A stretch of DNA of 64,000 nt, taken from the NCBI GenBank assembly GCA_012295275.1, contig CM022670.1, positions 33,418,001 through 33,482,000 of the forward strand. The letters are read 5' to 3'. The position numbers were made by a program, and so were the translations under genes. This DNA is from Chrysomallon squamiferum. Its lineage: Eukaryota > Animalia > Mollusca. Under the pieces are notes generated by a model. The model was given only the letters and a program-made list of their open reading frames with translations, was not told the origin of the DNA and made no database searches. Shown here one piece after another: positions 1 to 14,619 of this stretch (positions are counted from its first letter, which is position 1; the number at the start of each line of letters is the position of its first letter).

Positions 1-416
1 CATTTGCAAATGTGGGTGGGGATGTGTTTTTTATTTTATTTGTTGTTGTTTTGATTTTGTTTTAGTTTTTGTTTTATTTATTTTTTATTTTTTAAACTAG
101 TGAAGATTAGAAAATTACATTCATGAAAACATTATACTGGGTTATTTATTATTATTATTATTATTATTATCTGAGTCAAAATATCAGCACCTGCAAAACA
201 GCAGCAGATCACACCAAAAAAATAAAAATAAAAAAATAAATAAAATTTAAAAATAAAAAAATTAAAAGAAGATTATTAACACAGATTTTGCTACAAGGCT
301 TTTTAAAATTAAATTACATACAAACACACATAATTATACAGTCTGTTTTATTGATAACAATATTCCCTGCTTATATATATCTAAGCGTATATATTAATCC
401 TTTATTGTCACAACAG

Positions 417-1232
417 GTGAACAATGAAGATCTTAGAGATGCAACCCATGACCATGCTATCCAGGTTCTGCGACAGACCCCATCAAATGTAACAATTCTA
501 GTGTACAGAGATGATAATCAGGTTCGAGAAGAGGACATCTATGACATATTTACTGTGGAACTTATGAAAAAACCAGGCAAAGGTCTTGGTCTCAGTATAG
601 TAGGAAAGAAAAATGATGTTGGAGTGTATATATCTGACATTGTAAGTACACTGGTTTTTAGTATTTATATATTGCTTGAATGGTTATCATTACTGATTGT
701 TGTTTTTTTCAAACTGTGTGTTATGGATGAAAAAAATGTAGTTGTTTATCCTTTTGAAATTTCAAAGAAAATACATTTTGATATTTTTTTTAAAATTAAA
801 AAAAATTTTCTCCTTTTGGGAGATGATTTTTCTATAAATTGATAATTTGTGTGGTTTATTATTATTATTATTATTATTATAATTTTGTTTTTGTTATTAA
901 CTCAAATAGTATTTATTATTGTTTTAATGACTTTAATATATATATATATTCATATTCATACTCTCTGAGAATTAAAATAAAATTATCATATAGGGATTTT
1001 TTTTAGTTTAGTATGTGAAATACTATTAATTATTTAAATACTTTTCTAATTTTTTTAAAATTTCTGTGAATTTGTCTTATTATTAAACTATGAAATATAA
1101 TTATCTGTGTAGGTAAAAGGAGGTGCTGCAGAGGCTGATGGTAGACTTATGCAAGGGGACCAGATTCTTGCTGTTAATGGTGAGGACATGAGAAATTCAA
1201 CTCAGGAATATGCTGCAGCTGTTCTCAAGGTA

Positions 1233-1271
<39 letters not shown>

Positions 1272-3794
1272 ATATAAATACATATAATAATAATAATAAT
1301 GAAAAAGAATATATTTTTCTGCAAATAATATGTAAATAAAATTTTAAAATATATTTTTAACACAATTATTTATTAAGGAAATGTATTGCACAACAGATTA
1401 ATAAACAGAAACTATGATAAATCAGAATTATTCTTGTATTTTTTTTTTTTTATATTTATATTTTTGATTCAGATCTTCTTTTATTTCATTCATTTTTTAT
1501 GTTTTTTTATTTTTCATTCCATGTATTTTATTTTATTATTTTATTTTTTATTTATGTTTGATTATTTTCTTTATTTTATTTTTGATTTATTTCATTTTGT
1601 TTCTTAATTTAATTTTATTGTTGATTCATTTATCCATTTGCTTTATTTTATTTCATTTTATATTTTATTTATTTTATTCATTTCATTTTATTATTTTGTT
1701 ATGCATTTTAATTTCTTTTCCTTTCACTTCATTTTTTTTTTTTTATATATATATATGTATGTTTACTTTTTATTTCATTTCATTTATGCATCTTATTTTC
1801 TTTCTTACATTTTCATCTTCTTTCTTCTAAATTTAATTTAATTTATTATTTTATTTTATATTATTTTATTATTTTTTTTTATATTATATTATATTATATT
1901 ATGTTATATATTATTATATTATATTATATTATATTATATTATGTTATATTATGTTATGTTATGTTATTTTATTATATTATATTATATTTTATTATATTAT
2001 ATTATATTATATTTTGTTATATTTTATTTTATTTTATTTTATTTTATTTATATTATTTCATTCAAAAAAGTGTATTATTTCATTTCAGACATTGATGGGT
2101 AAAGTAACAATGACTGTAGGCAGATTAAAAGCTGGGTCTCGCGCATCATCAAGGAGAAATTCTGGTTCGCCTGGCAGTGCTCTGAAAAAATCTGATTCAA
2201 GTGCAAGTAACAGGTCCAGAGGAAAACATTCAAAAAGTAAATATTCATACACACATTCCTTTATCTTATTTGATTTAAACCTGTTTAAAATCTACTTTAT
2301 ACTGATCACCATAGTTATTAGTATTTTATTTAAACCAGTTTATTTAAAACTTACTTTAAATTGATCCACACTGTTATTAATATTTTTATTTAAACCAGTT
2401 TGTTTAAAATCTACTTTAAACTGATCACACTGTTATTTACATTTGATTTAAATCAGTTTTGTTTTTTTGAAATGAACTTTAAACTGAGCACCACTGTTGT
2501 TAATATTTAATTTAAACCATTTTGTTTAAAATGTTCTTTAAACCAATCACTACCTTTATTAATATTTAATTTAAAACAGTTTATTTGAAATCTACTTTAA
2601 TTCCTTGCTTTTGAACATTTAAGAACAAATGTTGTTCTTTTCTTTGAAACATAATAAAAATATCAAAGAAATTTTTAAATTGTAGATATGTGGCTATTTT
2701 TATATTGAATAAAGTTTAAAATTTTGTATAAAGAAATATATAAAGAAAATAACACTGAATTTTGAATAAATATATTATAATTATTTTTATACAAATACTT
2801 TCCATTTTAATTTTATAAATGTAGGTGCATGGAAAAAACAAATATCAATGTTTTCTTGATTGTACACTTTATGCATTATTTGTTTGAATGGAATCAGCTA
2901 TAAATTTGTACACAAATTGATTAAAAAAGGATAAATTTAACTTTTATAATAAAGCCATAACTGCAGCAAATATTTATTACACCTTTTTTTCTAAGCACCT
3001 ACATAAATTTCATTTAATTTTGTTTACATTGTTTTATATAAACAGTAATAATAAAACTTTAATGCAGATAAAAATTAAGGACTTATACCTTTAATTGTTT
3101 ATATTTATTAAAGATTTTTTTTAAATTTACATTGAAACATAACTCTAAAGAGAATACAATAAATTTATAGTTTACTTTCTTCAACACGGTCAAACAATGT
3201 GTAACAAATGAGAAAATTAAAATTATTATTATTATTTTATAACAATTTTATTAATCTGGGTTAAACTAAAGCAGAAGAAAATTTTCAAAAGACTTTGAGT
3301 ATACTGTATAGGCTTGAGGCAAACAATTTAAAACAACATAACAATACTTTAATTCCCTTTGTAACCTCTTCTTTCTAAAATTTTTATGGGGGAAATAAGA
3401 AGTTTCAAAAACATCTTATGCCAAAAGTCATATCACTTTGAATATTTGAAAGAATAAATATCTAAAACAAATAATTTTAACAGTCACACTTGTACGACAG
3501 ATTGAGAATAAAAATTAAAGTCAGGTGTAATCCATGCTGGCACACCTCTCACCAGTGTTGTGCATTCTTCACAATGTTTTTTTTTTTTTTCTGTTATCTC
3601 TGAATGTTTAATTTTTTCTTTATGTATGCTAAATGACAGTGTCTTTTCCTTGCTTTTTTTACTTGACAGGTCTTCCCTCTTCCAAAAGCTACTAATGTCT
3701 AGTTCTGTTATTAATGTTTTAATATATTTTTTAATTATTTTATTATTATTTCTATTTTTTAAATTTAATTATTATTACCATTTATTTCTTTATT

Positions 3795-3850
<56 letters not shown>

Positions 3851-5920
3851 GTTATTTTTTATTATTATTATTTTTCTTTGCTCGAATATATGCAGCATTT
3901 TCTGTTTATAAATTCACCCATCATGTGATGATCTCATTTCTATCTACACTCGTTTTGTGTAACCAGCACAAATGTTGCATATTGTATACTTTTCTTCCAC
4001 GTTTCTTCAATAATGCACTGCTTGTGTGTACAAAACAAAAACTGAATAATGCATTCCTTGATGTCATTCATTCTACTTCTTCTTAATATAAAATAATTAA
4101 TTTATAAATTGTTTGGGCTAATTTGTTCTTGTTCTTATAGAATTTAGCATTCCTTGATACAAAATCTTTGGGCAAAATGTAAATAAAATTTGAATAACAT
4201 ACAGTAAATTAATTCATAGTTATAAAATAAATTAGTTTATAATTTGTTAAAATAAGTATTCTCAAAATATATTCCAAAAAAAAATAACTTTCATTATATA
4301 TTTTATAATTTAATTTGTTAAACAGAACAATTTTTTTAAAGCATTCCATAAAAATATTTATTAAATATCACTTTGTTCATTACCAAATTTATTACTCTAT
4401 TAATAAATTCAAATTCAACATAAAACAAATTCATAGACATACCATTTTAGATAATTTGTTGTTTTAATTATTTGCTGTTTAATTTGATTTTATTAAAGAA
4501 TAAATCTTAATACATATTTCACGTGATATAAATAAGATTTTTATTTTATTTTATTACTTATTTGTTTTTTCACATTAAGTTAAGAATTTTTAAATCTCTT
4601 AGATGGGGGCAGAAGTTTGAGAAAATACATTAAAATCAAAAAATACATTTTAATTTAATAACTTGTGCAAAGCCTTAAAGTAAAAAAGAATAAAACTTTG
4701 AATAAAATTAACAAATTTAAAATGTTAATGATCACAATATAATTTCCTAAAAATGTTTTACTATTAATTATTATAATTATTTTTATTATCTATCTTTTTA
4801 TCTACCATCCTCCTTTTGTTTTCAGAAAGCAAAAGTTGATAACTATTGTCATTTTAAAACTCAAATACATAAGAATAAAATCAAACTAAAAGTATAAAAA
4901 AAAAAGATAAAATATAAATAAAAAATAACTAAATGAAATAAGAAAAAGTTAAAATTAAAAAATAAATCCCTCAAAAAAAAAAAAAAAAGAAATATCAAGA
5001 AGATGAATGAATGATTGGTAAAAGATTAAAATTTCATTCATCAAAGTATATTAAATATTTTTACCTTCCACATAAACCAAAGAGATTTTTTTTATTAGAT
5101 TCTGTAATTTTTCTATCAATAAGCATAGTTTCAGAATTAGTACTAGTAGCTTTGGAATTGGAAATTACAAAGAGGTTAGAATTTTTCAAGTACTTTGCAT
5201 GAATTTTTTGTATTTTATTGTTGGTTGTTTTTATTTTTTATTGTCTTTATTTTATTAAACTTAAAATACCCTCTTTTAAATCATGAACATATTTTTTTTT
5301 TTTTTTTGTTCATGTGGAGTGGGCTATTTTTATTTCAGCTTTTGTTTTATATTTATCAATATAAATATTTAAATAACCTGATAATAATATGCTGTTGCAT
5401 GCTCTCTTTAGCATGTACTCGTATTAATTAAAGACAACAAAAATTAATTTTTAGATGTGTATTGAACCATGTCAGGATTTATTGGTTCTACTTTATTTTT
5501 ATTTTTTATTTTTTATTTTTTTTAAATAGATATTTTTAAAAATTAAAAATATAATGTGTATCATTTCAAAAAGTAAAATGATAAATAAAAGCACTATTAA
5601 AATAAAATTATTGCTTGTGATTAAATAACAAAACTTTTAAAAATTTTTTTTATTAATTTGTGCATGTTAATCAGCATTTTATTAATTAAATTACTTATAA
5701 ATTTCTTCTGTTTTGTTCTTCTACAAATCATAGACTTGTAATATCTGTGTAGGCAACAGCTATATAAAGATGACGTTACAACAACTAAAAAATATATGAT
5801 AATAATAACATTATGTTTACTTTCTATTTTATATATTTAAAAACCTTGTCAATATGTGAAGGCAAAATGTTTGGAGAGAGAAAGAAAAACAAAAAAGTAA
5901 ACGGATAATAAGTTAACACC

Positions 5921-5979
<59 letters not shown>

Positions 5980-6814
5980 TGTCCTTTCCTTCCTAAAGAG
6001 TTTGCAGGTCAATTAACAGGAAATAATTCAGCAAGCATTTTCTCTCCAGGTTTTGGAAAATAACATTAACAGCTGAAGATAACGAAAACCATTTTATTTC
6101 ATTTATATTTTGCATGATGGTTATGGGAAGCTATTTTTCCTTGACCTGCTTGGTTTTATTTATTCAAGAATTTTATTACATAACATGTATAATATTTGGT
6201 TTCTTTTTTTATTTGTTGAGGAAGCTATTTGGGCAAGATGAATTTATTTATTTTTAAATATTCAGGTTTTTTTTACCTTTGGGTGTTTTCATATTATTAG
6301 TGAACTATGGTTAAATAAGTCACTGTGAATTAAATCATTTATAAAGTTATATTTTGGGTTATTGAGTTATCCAGTATTCTTATTTAGTATGTCAGAAATA
6401 TTTTGATTCAGATTCCATTTACACTGATTGTGTGATTGCAGTGATATGAGTAACTGAATATCAATAACATAGAACTGATTTCTTCAGTCTGGGTTTCATT
6501 AAAGTTCTTCCAAAGCATCTTTTACATAATTAATCACAATTTTTTATTTTTTTATTTTTAATTTTTTTCAGATAAAGTATTTATAAAATTCGTTTATTTT
6601 AAAAACTGAAATACAAAATATTATTTTATAATGCAACTTAATTGCTGATTTGGCATGCTAGGCCATTTATATTGCAATAAATTGTGATTTTTATAAAAAT
6701 ATAAAAAGTAATTGAAGATACTTACTACTACAAATGGTACTAATGTATCAGAAATTTGCATATATGTTATATAGTATTTAAATAATATACTTACAAAGTA
6801 TTATTTTATTATCA

Positions 6815-6860
<46 letters not shown>

Positions 6861-7853
6861 ATGCTTATTTTATAATATATGCATGCTTGTTTTAGACTTG
6901 AATTTTGAGTCGTTGGAATCAAACAAATATAATTTTGACATAAAAGAATCCTTTGATTATTATTTTTGTTTTTAGGTTAATAATTAATATTTAATTGATT
7001 ATCTTTAAAAATGTCATCAGATTTTGTATAGAAATAGAATGAAAAATAACAACTGAAAAAAGATTAATTTTATATAATAACCAGTGATAATTATTATTAC
7101 TATTATTTTTATTATTATCTTATTTTATTTTTTTAAAGATGCAAAAACAAAGAAAGAAAAAGAAAAAAAAAAAAAAAAAAAAGAAAGAAAATAAATTAAA
7201 AGTGATTTAATATATTAGGCATAATTATTATAGAAAAATGTTCACTGTTACCTATAAAAACTTAAATTATTTTGCAGTTACATATAAGAACTATTGCAGT
7301 GATGAAATATTCTGGTTTAATTTAGCACTGTAAATAGAGGAATGATTTTTTTTTTGTTTTGTTTCTGAATGTGTTTAGAGTGTTTTGTATTTGAAGGTGA
7401 AAAAATTATTAAATGTAAATTGTTTGTAATGAGATTAATCATTTTGTGATGTTTGCATGTTATTAAAAATTAGGAAATGAATAGTTGAAAAAATGTGCTT
7501 TTGAAATCTTTTCTTTTTTTCTTTTAATTTAACAGAATGTTCATAACGATATATTACTCAATAATAATAATAATAATAATAATAGTAAATCAGTAGATTT
7601 TTATTATTATTTTTTTTTTTTTTTACTTTCTAAGAGGGGAAAAGAAAAAGAACTTAATAAATATATACAAAATTTTTATAATTTTTTATGAAATTATTAA
7701 AATAATTTTGTTTACTAAAGAATTATTATTATTATTTTATTTTTTTTTTTTGGATGCATTGCTAAATATTTTAGGAATAATTTTTAATGACATCATTACA
7801 ATTTATTTTCCACTTTGTAAGTATATTATTTTATTTAGTTATTTATTATTATT

Positions 7854-7907
<54 letters not shown>

Positions 7908-8429
7908 TATTAATTAATCAATTAATTTATTTATTTATTTATTTAGTAGTAGTAGTAGTAGTAGTAGCAGTAGTTAAGTATTAATTTATTTTAAGAATAA
8001 ATATTAAGTATATTCTTTAGATATATAATCATTGCATTATTAGATAATGTAGTTTTCGTGCATACCTGGTTTCCACACAACTAGTTACAGTTAAATTGTA
8101 TTACAGGTGTTAGTGAGGACTGGACACACCTGAGAACAGTTGAGTTACATCATGATGAATCTGGTTCTCTGGGGATTAGCATTGCTGGAGGAGTTGGATC
8201 CCCTCTAGGAGACGTTCCTATCATCATAGCCAGTTTGAATCCTAAAGGACCTGCTTCCAGATCTGGCAAACTTAGAGTATGATCCAGCCTTGATTAATAT
8301 TTAGTTTTATTTTGAAATCAGTTTATTGTTGTTGTCATTGTCATTGTCACTGTCATCATCATCATCATCGTTATCAGCTATTTACAATATATAATTCATA
8401 TCTACTTCTTCTTCTTCTTGATGATGATG

Positions 8430-8466
<37 letters not shown>

Positions 8467-10588
8467 TATTATTATTATTATTATTGTTGTTATTATTATT
8501 ATTATTATAGCAATTCTTTTAAAATAAATACTAATTATTTTTTTAAATAACTTAATTTGAATTTCAAGAAAGCTAAGGTGGGAAATAAATAAAAGGTGGA
8601 TTAAATACATTATTATATATTGTGTTCTCAGAATGTGGTTTTCACATATTTATTAGAATATTAATGAAGAAGAAAATGCAAAAAAACATTAAAAATGTCA
8701 AGTTAGAAATAATATTAATGCGGTTTTCTAGATTGGAGACAAGATTTTAATGATCAATGACAAGTCTACAGATGGAATGAGTCATGCTGATGCTGTTGCC
8801 ATGTTGAAATCATCTTCACCACTGACTCTGCAGGTTATTCAAGGTATTTAACAAACAATAGTTATAATATTATTCCATTTAATGTTAAAAAATACACTTC
8901 TATACTTGCACATACCTACTCAAAACTAATAATGATTTTTCATTTTATTAACATCACTTTGAACTATTATTTTCATTCATTTAAAGAAAATCTCTTAAAC
9001 TGGCTGCCTTGTAAAATGTAGTTACTAAATGGATAAGAATCGGGGTGTTTTATTGAAATCTGATTTGATACAGTAACAAATGTGGCATTTTTTAATTTGT
9101 GTGTGTTTGTGTGGGTATGTCATAGTATATGTATGTGTGTATGTCTGGGTGTATATGTGCACAATCATGCTTTGAATATTCAAATGTCTCTATGTTGTTG
9201 TTTTTTTGTTGTTGTTTTTTGTATAACAAGCAGTATCATTACAAAACTGAAAGATGCCTTGCTGCTAATTGATGGATTTTTTTCTCATTGTCTATACAAG
9301 CCTTTGAAGCTGTATAGATAAAAAATATGTTGTCACTAAATAAAATATTTTTTTTATTTTTCTTTGTGTTCAGGTGAAGAGCTCGCAGTGAATGTAAATG
9401 GAAGTCGTTCCCATCATGAATCCACGGATGTTTCGAGCAACAAAGCTGCTGAAGAACTGGTCGTATCAGGAGTAGAGGATGATGGGTAAATCTTGACACT
9501 GTCTTGCAATGTAAACACAAAAACCACTTCATTTAAAACTTAAATGTTGTATGTAGTGTTCTGTGTTGGTTAAATAGTCAAACACTGATTTGTGATTGCC
9601 TTTATATCTACAGTTGATTTTTTTTCACAAGCAGCACCATTATGACAGAACAAAATTTAATGGTTAACAGCACTACATACATATTTGTGGTTTTGGCACT
9701 GTATTTTGATTTTAAGTTTTATGGTCTCAAATATTTATTTTATTCTATGTTAAACAATTTTTGACCACCGTTTAAGTACAGAAATAAAATTTTAAGAAAT
9801 TAATCAACATCAAGTATGTCATTGCATGAAATAACACATCAGTTGTTTTTTTATCACTTGAATATTATCTATAACAGACAATTAAGCTTTTTATTTTATT
9901 TTTCTTAAATTCTCCTATGTATACTTGTTTGACTTTAACATGAAAACTGTAAATGTTTTAAGTGTAAAATTAACTCTAATAATAAATTTTAAAATTGTTG
10001 CATTTGTTTTTCTTACCATTACTTTCCCTAAGTGTATAATTATCTTCAGTAGTTAATTTTAAAATCTGTACATTTATTGTTCTTACATTTACCTTCCTAA
10101 GTGTACATTTAACTTCAACAGTAAATTTTAAAACTGTTTGTTTTATTTTTCTTACAGTTATTTTCTTCCTAAGTCTATGATTAACTTCAGTAGTTAATTT
10201 TATAATTAATAACATATTTTAAAATTGTTACTTTTATTTTTCTTACATTTACCTTCCTAAGTGTATAATTAACTTTAAAATTATTTTTTTTAAATTTTTA
10301 TTTTTTTCTTGCAGACAGGAACCCGAGTACACAACTTTGACTCTAGAGCGTGGACCAGATGGCCTGGGATTCTCTATAGTAGGTGGACATGCAAGTCCTC
10401 ATGGAGATCTGCCAATCTATGTGAAAAATGTCTTCTTGAAAGGTGCTGCAGCTGAGGATGGGAGACTGAAGCGAGGAGATCAGATTCTGGCTGTGAATGG
10501 TCAGAGTTTAGACGGTGTGACACATGAGGAAGCAGTGAACATTCTGAAACAAGCTCGTGGAAAAGTCGTTCTCGATGTGATTTCCTGA
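417..10588 (+). CDS. MPDZ: Multiple PDZ domain protein (MPDZ/MUPP1-PATJ family), 3' portion; 5' exons lie upstream of the window
   Basis: Phase-consistent GT-AG exons: 417-641, 1113-1229, 2089-2236, 8107-8276, 8732-8843, 9374-9485, 10315-10588 (TGA). Translation gives the end of one PDZ plus three full PDZ domains: [48 protein letters not shown]; [23 protein letters not shown]; [51 protein letters not shown]...LDVIS*. This order and these motifs match the C-terminal PDZ10-13 of MPDZ. Confidence 0.92.
1780..2060. repeat. Pentanucleotide low-complexity array (ATTTT/ATATT/ATGTT)n
   Basis: Directly visible runs such as attatattatatt and atgttatgtt upstream of the 2089 acceptor. Confidence 0.85.
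2272..2600. repeat. Intronic minisatellite, ~60-bp unit, ~5.5 diverged copies
   Basis: Recurring unit resembling tttaaaccagtttgtttaaaatctactttaaactgatcaccactgttattaatattt at ~60-bp spacing. Confidence 0.8.
9960..10290. repeat. Intronic minisatellite, ~69-bp unit, ~4.5 copies
   Basis: Unit resembling aattttaaaattgtt...ttcttacatttaccttcctaagtgtataattaacttcagtagtt restarts at about 9986, 10055, 10124 and 10196-10217. Confidence 0.8.
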
Positions 10589-12753
10589 TAGACGCTGAAA
10601 CTTTGCTACTTTTCTTCTCTTGGAGTTTATGTCGATTGTGAAAAGTCAGGGAAAGGGTTATAAGTAAAGAAGATTAAAACTTATATAAGGATTACAAAAG
10701 AAAATGATTGGGGAAAGATTTTGGGGTTGAGAAAGAAAGAACAGTGTATGGATTGTCGAACTTTGGGTAAAGTTGTGGGTTTAGAAGAGTAATTTTTTTT
10801 CTTTTGTGCTTTCTTCACCTTTATGTTTTAAATTTAGCTTTTGGAATTTTTTATTATTATTATAATATTATCATAATATCCAGATATAGACGTATATTAT
10901 TACATTATGTCTGTAATGTTTCAGATATTTACTCCAGGAACTTAGATACCTTTTTAAGTTGTTAAGTCCTAAAAAATATTAAAATAATGTAGCTTTGCCA
11001 TTAATGTTAATAACATTTCTTTCTTCATCATAAATATATGTAAATAAATGTTTAAATTTGGCATGGGTGAAAAATCACAACAAAGTCATTCTTAGAAAAG
11101 CCATTACATGGAAATATGGCTTGAAGAAAATTATACTTTTTCATCTTTTAAGTAAAAAAAAAAATAAAAAAAATTTAAAAAATTCAACCAAATTGTCAGT
11201 ACATTTTTTTTAAACTTTTAATATTAGAGTTCAGTAATTCAAAATATAAATATACAAAGAGAAAGTTTGGTAAGAAAATAAATTTTATTCATTATATATT
11301 ATGTAAATCCATTTATCTGCAATATATTTGTTTATGAAAACATTCTCTTTGGGGTAAGTGAATTTGGTGCATTATTTGTTTAATCATGCTATTTCTACTT
11401 TTTTACTTTTTAATATAAAGAACTTTAAGATTATAAAGAAACAGCATATATTGTCTTTCCAATTTCATTAATGATGGAAAACAAATTCTTGTTTTTAATT
11501 CATCTCATTTATTTCCAAGACTAATCATTACCACACAGAGTTTCAAAGGATTTTATGATTAAACAACTTCTCTTTATTTTATTTTCAACTATATAACATT
11601 GTTTTTGTAGAAATAATAACCAGATTTTGATTGGTGTTTTGCTTTCTGTTTTTCAAAGTTAATATGAAATGTGCAATTTTAAATCACTTTAAAGTTTAAA
11701 AATGATAAGTTTGTTTTCTTTTGTTTTTTAAAATATTGATATTACTTCTACCAACTAAGAATGAAATAAGGTGCACAAAATGATTAGGAATTTATACTTA
11801 ATGTGTTAATGTTCTGAAGGATCATATCAACAAAAAAGAATATCAAAATTAACATTTTTAATCATTTTAATGAAATATATTGTCTTTATAACAGAATTGT
11901 GATGTGGAATCACAATATATTTACAGGTTGTGACTTCATTTGTTTCAAATTGTACAGAATTTTTTAATGTTTTGGCCAAGAATTCTGGTTTCTGTTGGGT
12001 TTTTTTCTTCCATCATTTGTTTTTTGTTTGTTTGTTATTTTTATACTGTACAGCAGTTCACTGTTAAAATATGCAACTGTGATAACAGAGCTAAATGTTG
12101 GGTTGTGTATTGATGTAGTTCATGTAGTTTGAAACTGTTGAGAGTTGCCACTAAACTGTCGAGTTTGTGTCTGTGAACACACAATTTCATTTGCATACAT
12201 CGTAATGTAAAAATATATAATTTTCATTAGTCTATAACTACATGCTTAGAAATTTTTTGGTAGAATTTTACATAATTTGAAATGAAATTTTTTTGTTTTT
12301 TTTATAACTAACCTTTTTAATTATTTTTTTTTTTAGGTTTATTATCAAATGTGCTTTGTAGGAATTACCATTTTAACCACTTCTCTGCTAAGGTCCTGAA
12401 ACACTGAATTTAAAACATGACAAATATATTTTCATTAATGTCATTGGTAAATTGTGCATAAATTTTGTGAAAAAAAGGAAAATTCAAGAATTTCTGTATT
12501 ATTAAAATTAACACAAGAACATAAAAAAGAATAAAATATATAAAAATAAGCTAATTATCTTTTTTAATGTTTTTATAATTACCACTTAGCAGTGAAATGG
12601 TTAATATTTTATAGGTTTTCTTCATTTTTAAACTTACTCTTTACAAAAGTGTATATATTGGTATTTGACCTGTACTTTTCTAGCATTCCAAAACACTGAA
12701 AGTTTTAGGAGACATTTCAAACTGTATCTGTTGTAAATCTGCCCATACAAAAA

Positions 12754-12791
<38 letters not shown>

Positions 12792-14619
12792 TATAATCAG
12801 TGTTTGCTAGTTCTTGTTTTAATGTGCTTGTTGCAATTGTTATTCCAGTAATATGTTTCCGTTTGAAATATAACTGATTAATTTTTTCTTTTTCTTTTTT
12901 AAATGAGTAATTAATGTAAATGAAAATGGAGAATGGATAGTAAAGGGAGGAAAACAAGTGGCGTTTTTTTGGGTTTTTTTGCTATATTCAGTTAAATTTG
13001 AGGCATAGTTTGTTTAACTGGGGGTTTTTTGTTGTTTTTTTTCATGCAGTAAAGAATCAGATATAACAAACCAAATGATAATCAAGGAATGGAAGATTTT
13101 TGAGATATAAAAAAGGTATTTGCTATATTTCCCCTAATTAAAAAAACATATTTTGTCCATTTTTTTTTCTTTTCCTCTTTCCTTTCTTTGTATATATATT
13201 TCATGTTAATTTAAAAAAAAAAAATTTCCCCATTACAAACATTCAATGTAATAAGCAGTTGTCTTCCTTCTGGATGATGTTTTCTCTCTTCTGTTCCGTT
13301 GGTAAATAGTTGGTATTCTTAATGCAAATTTAATGTGGCTTGACTGAATAGTAGATCCAGCCACATGTCATCATCACTTTCTATGCAATTGGCCTGTAGT
13401 TTTGTTGAATTAATTTCAAAACTTTTGTTAGTTTTACTTCATATGTATAAATGTACATCTTCATTAGCAAACAAAAGTGAAGCCAATTTCTTTATTATTA
13501 TTATTTTTTTTTTTTAAATTTAAAATTTGAGTTTTTCACTGCAGTAGAAATTAGAATAAGCAATTTTAGAAATTGACCAATCACAGATGCATATTTATTA
13601 ATATTACTATTATTATTATTATTTTTATTATTATGATTATTATTATTATTATTATTATTATAATACGATTATATAAATATTATTTGGTTTTCTGCTCACA
13701 TTGAGAGCTGGTATTATAGCATCACTCAAAACAATGGTATGATACCACAGTTTATGGTAACATGCATCATTTATTCATAATTTGTACCAAATAAAATATA
13801 TTTACATGAATTGTTTTGTTCTTGTTTTCTTTGTACAAGTAAGATTAATGTACAACTAGCACTTGGTGCTATGTATTCACAGAGATTATTTATAATACTT
13901 TCTTCTTTTTTTATATACCATTTTTGGCATGTTATCATATAATAATAACACCAGAAGTACAAGGCTTTTAAGAAACTATCTTTGAATAAATATCAGTTGC
14001 CTTGTATCGTTATCAGAATAAACTTGTTGAATAATAATAATTATAGTGTCAACTATGAAATTAAATAAAGCAATAATCTTTTTTATTTAAATCATTTTAA
14101 TTTTATCTTCAATTCTAAAAGCAACTTGAAGTATAATGAGCATAATAAATAAATAAAAAAATCATTTCTGCAGTTCCAGTTCTTCGGTGTTGAGTGCTGG
14201 AAGCAGAAAGGTACAAATAATTCTAAAAAATGTTTTCTCTCCCCCCATAATACAAAGACAGATCAATACTAGTGATGACACTGAAGGCATAATGTTACTA
14301 AAAATCTCTGTTATGTGGATTATAATTAACAGTAATTAATAATGTTCTGATGCCATTCTTTCATTTCACTGGTTTTCTTGGACAACATAAAGCAGTTAAC
14401 AATTTACAGGTATAAATTATGTCACTTCAGACATAAATAATCTCAAATATTTACTAATTCAAGATCCCTTCTAATAATTGTTAAAATGAAAATCTCAGAA
14501 AGATCACTTATGAACTGAAGAAACTAAAATGCATTGCAAAAAAACAGAAAATTTAGTTTAATGCTTAGAATAGAACTGTCTAAAAGAGAGGTGACTAACA
14601 AGATGACTTTATTGTAGGT

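Noticed and set aside
1386-2095. Hydrophobic F/I/L/Y-rich ORFs (also at 3560-4086, 7708-8610, 39316-40630, 43131-44002, 47085-47502, 48219-49341)
   Set aside because: They are translations of AT-rich low-complexity DNA and microsatellites, not genes.
5753-5799. Second alternative terminal exon of MPDZ ([15 protein letters not shown])
   Set aside because: The acceptor is weak, and such short open frames are expected by chance.
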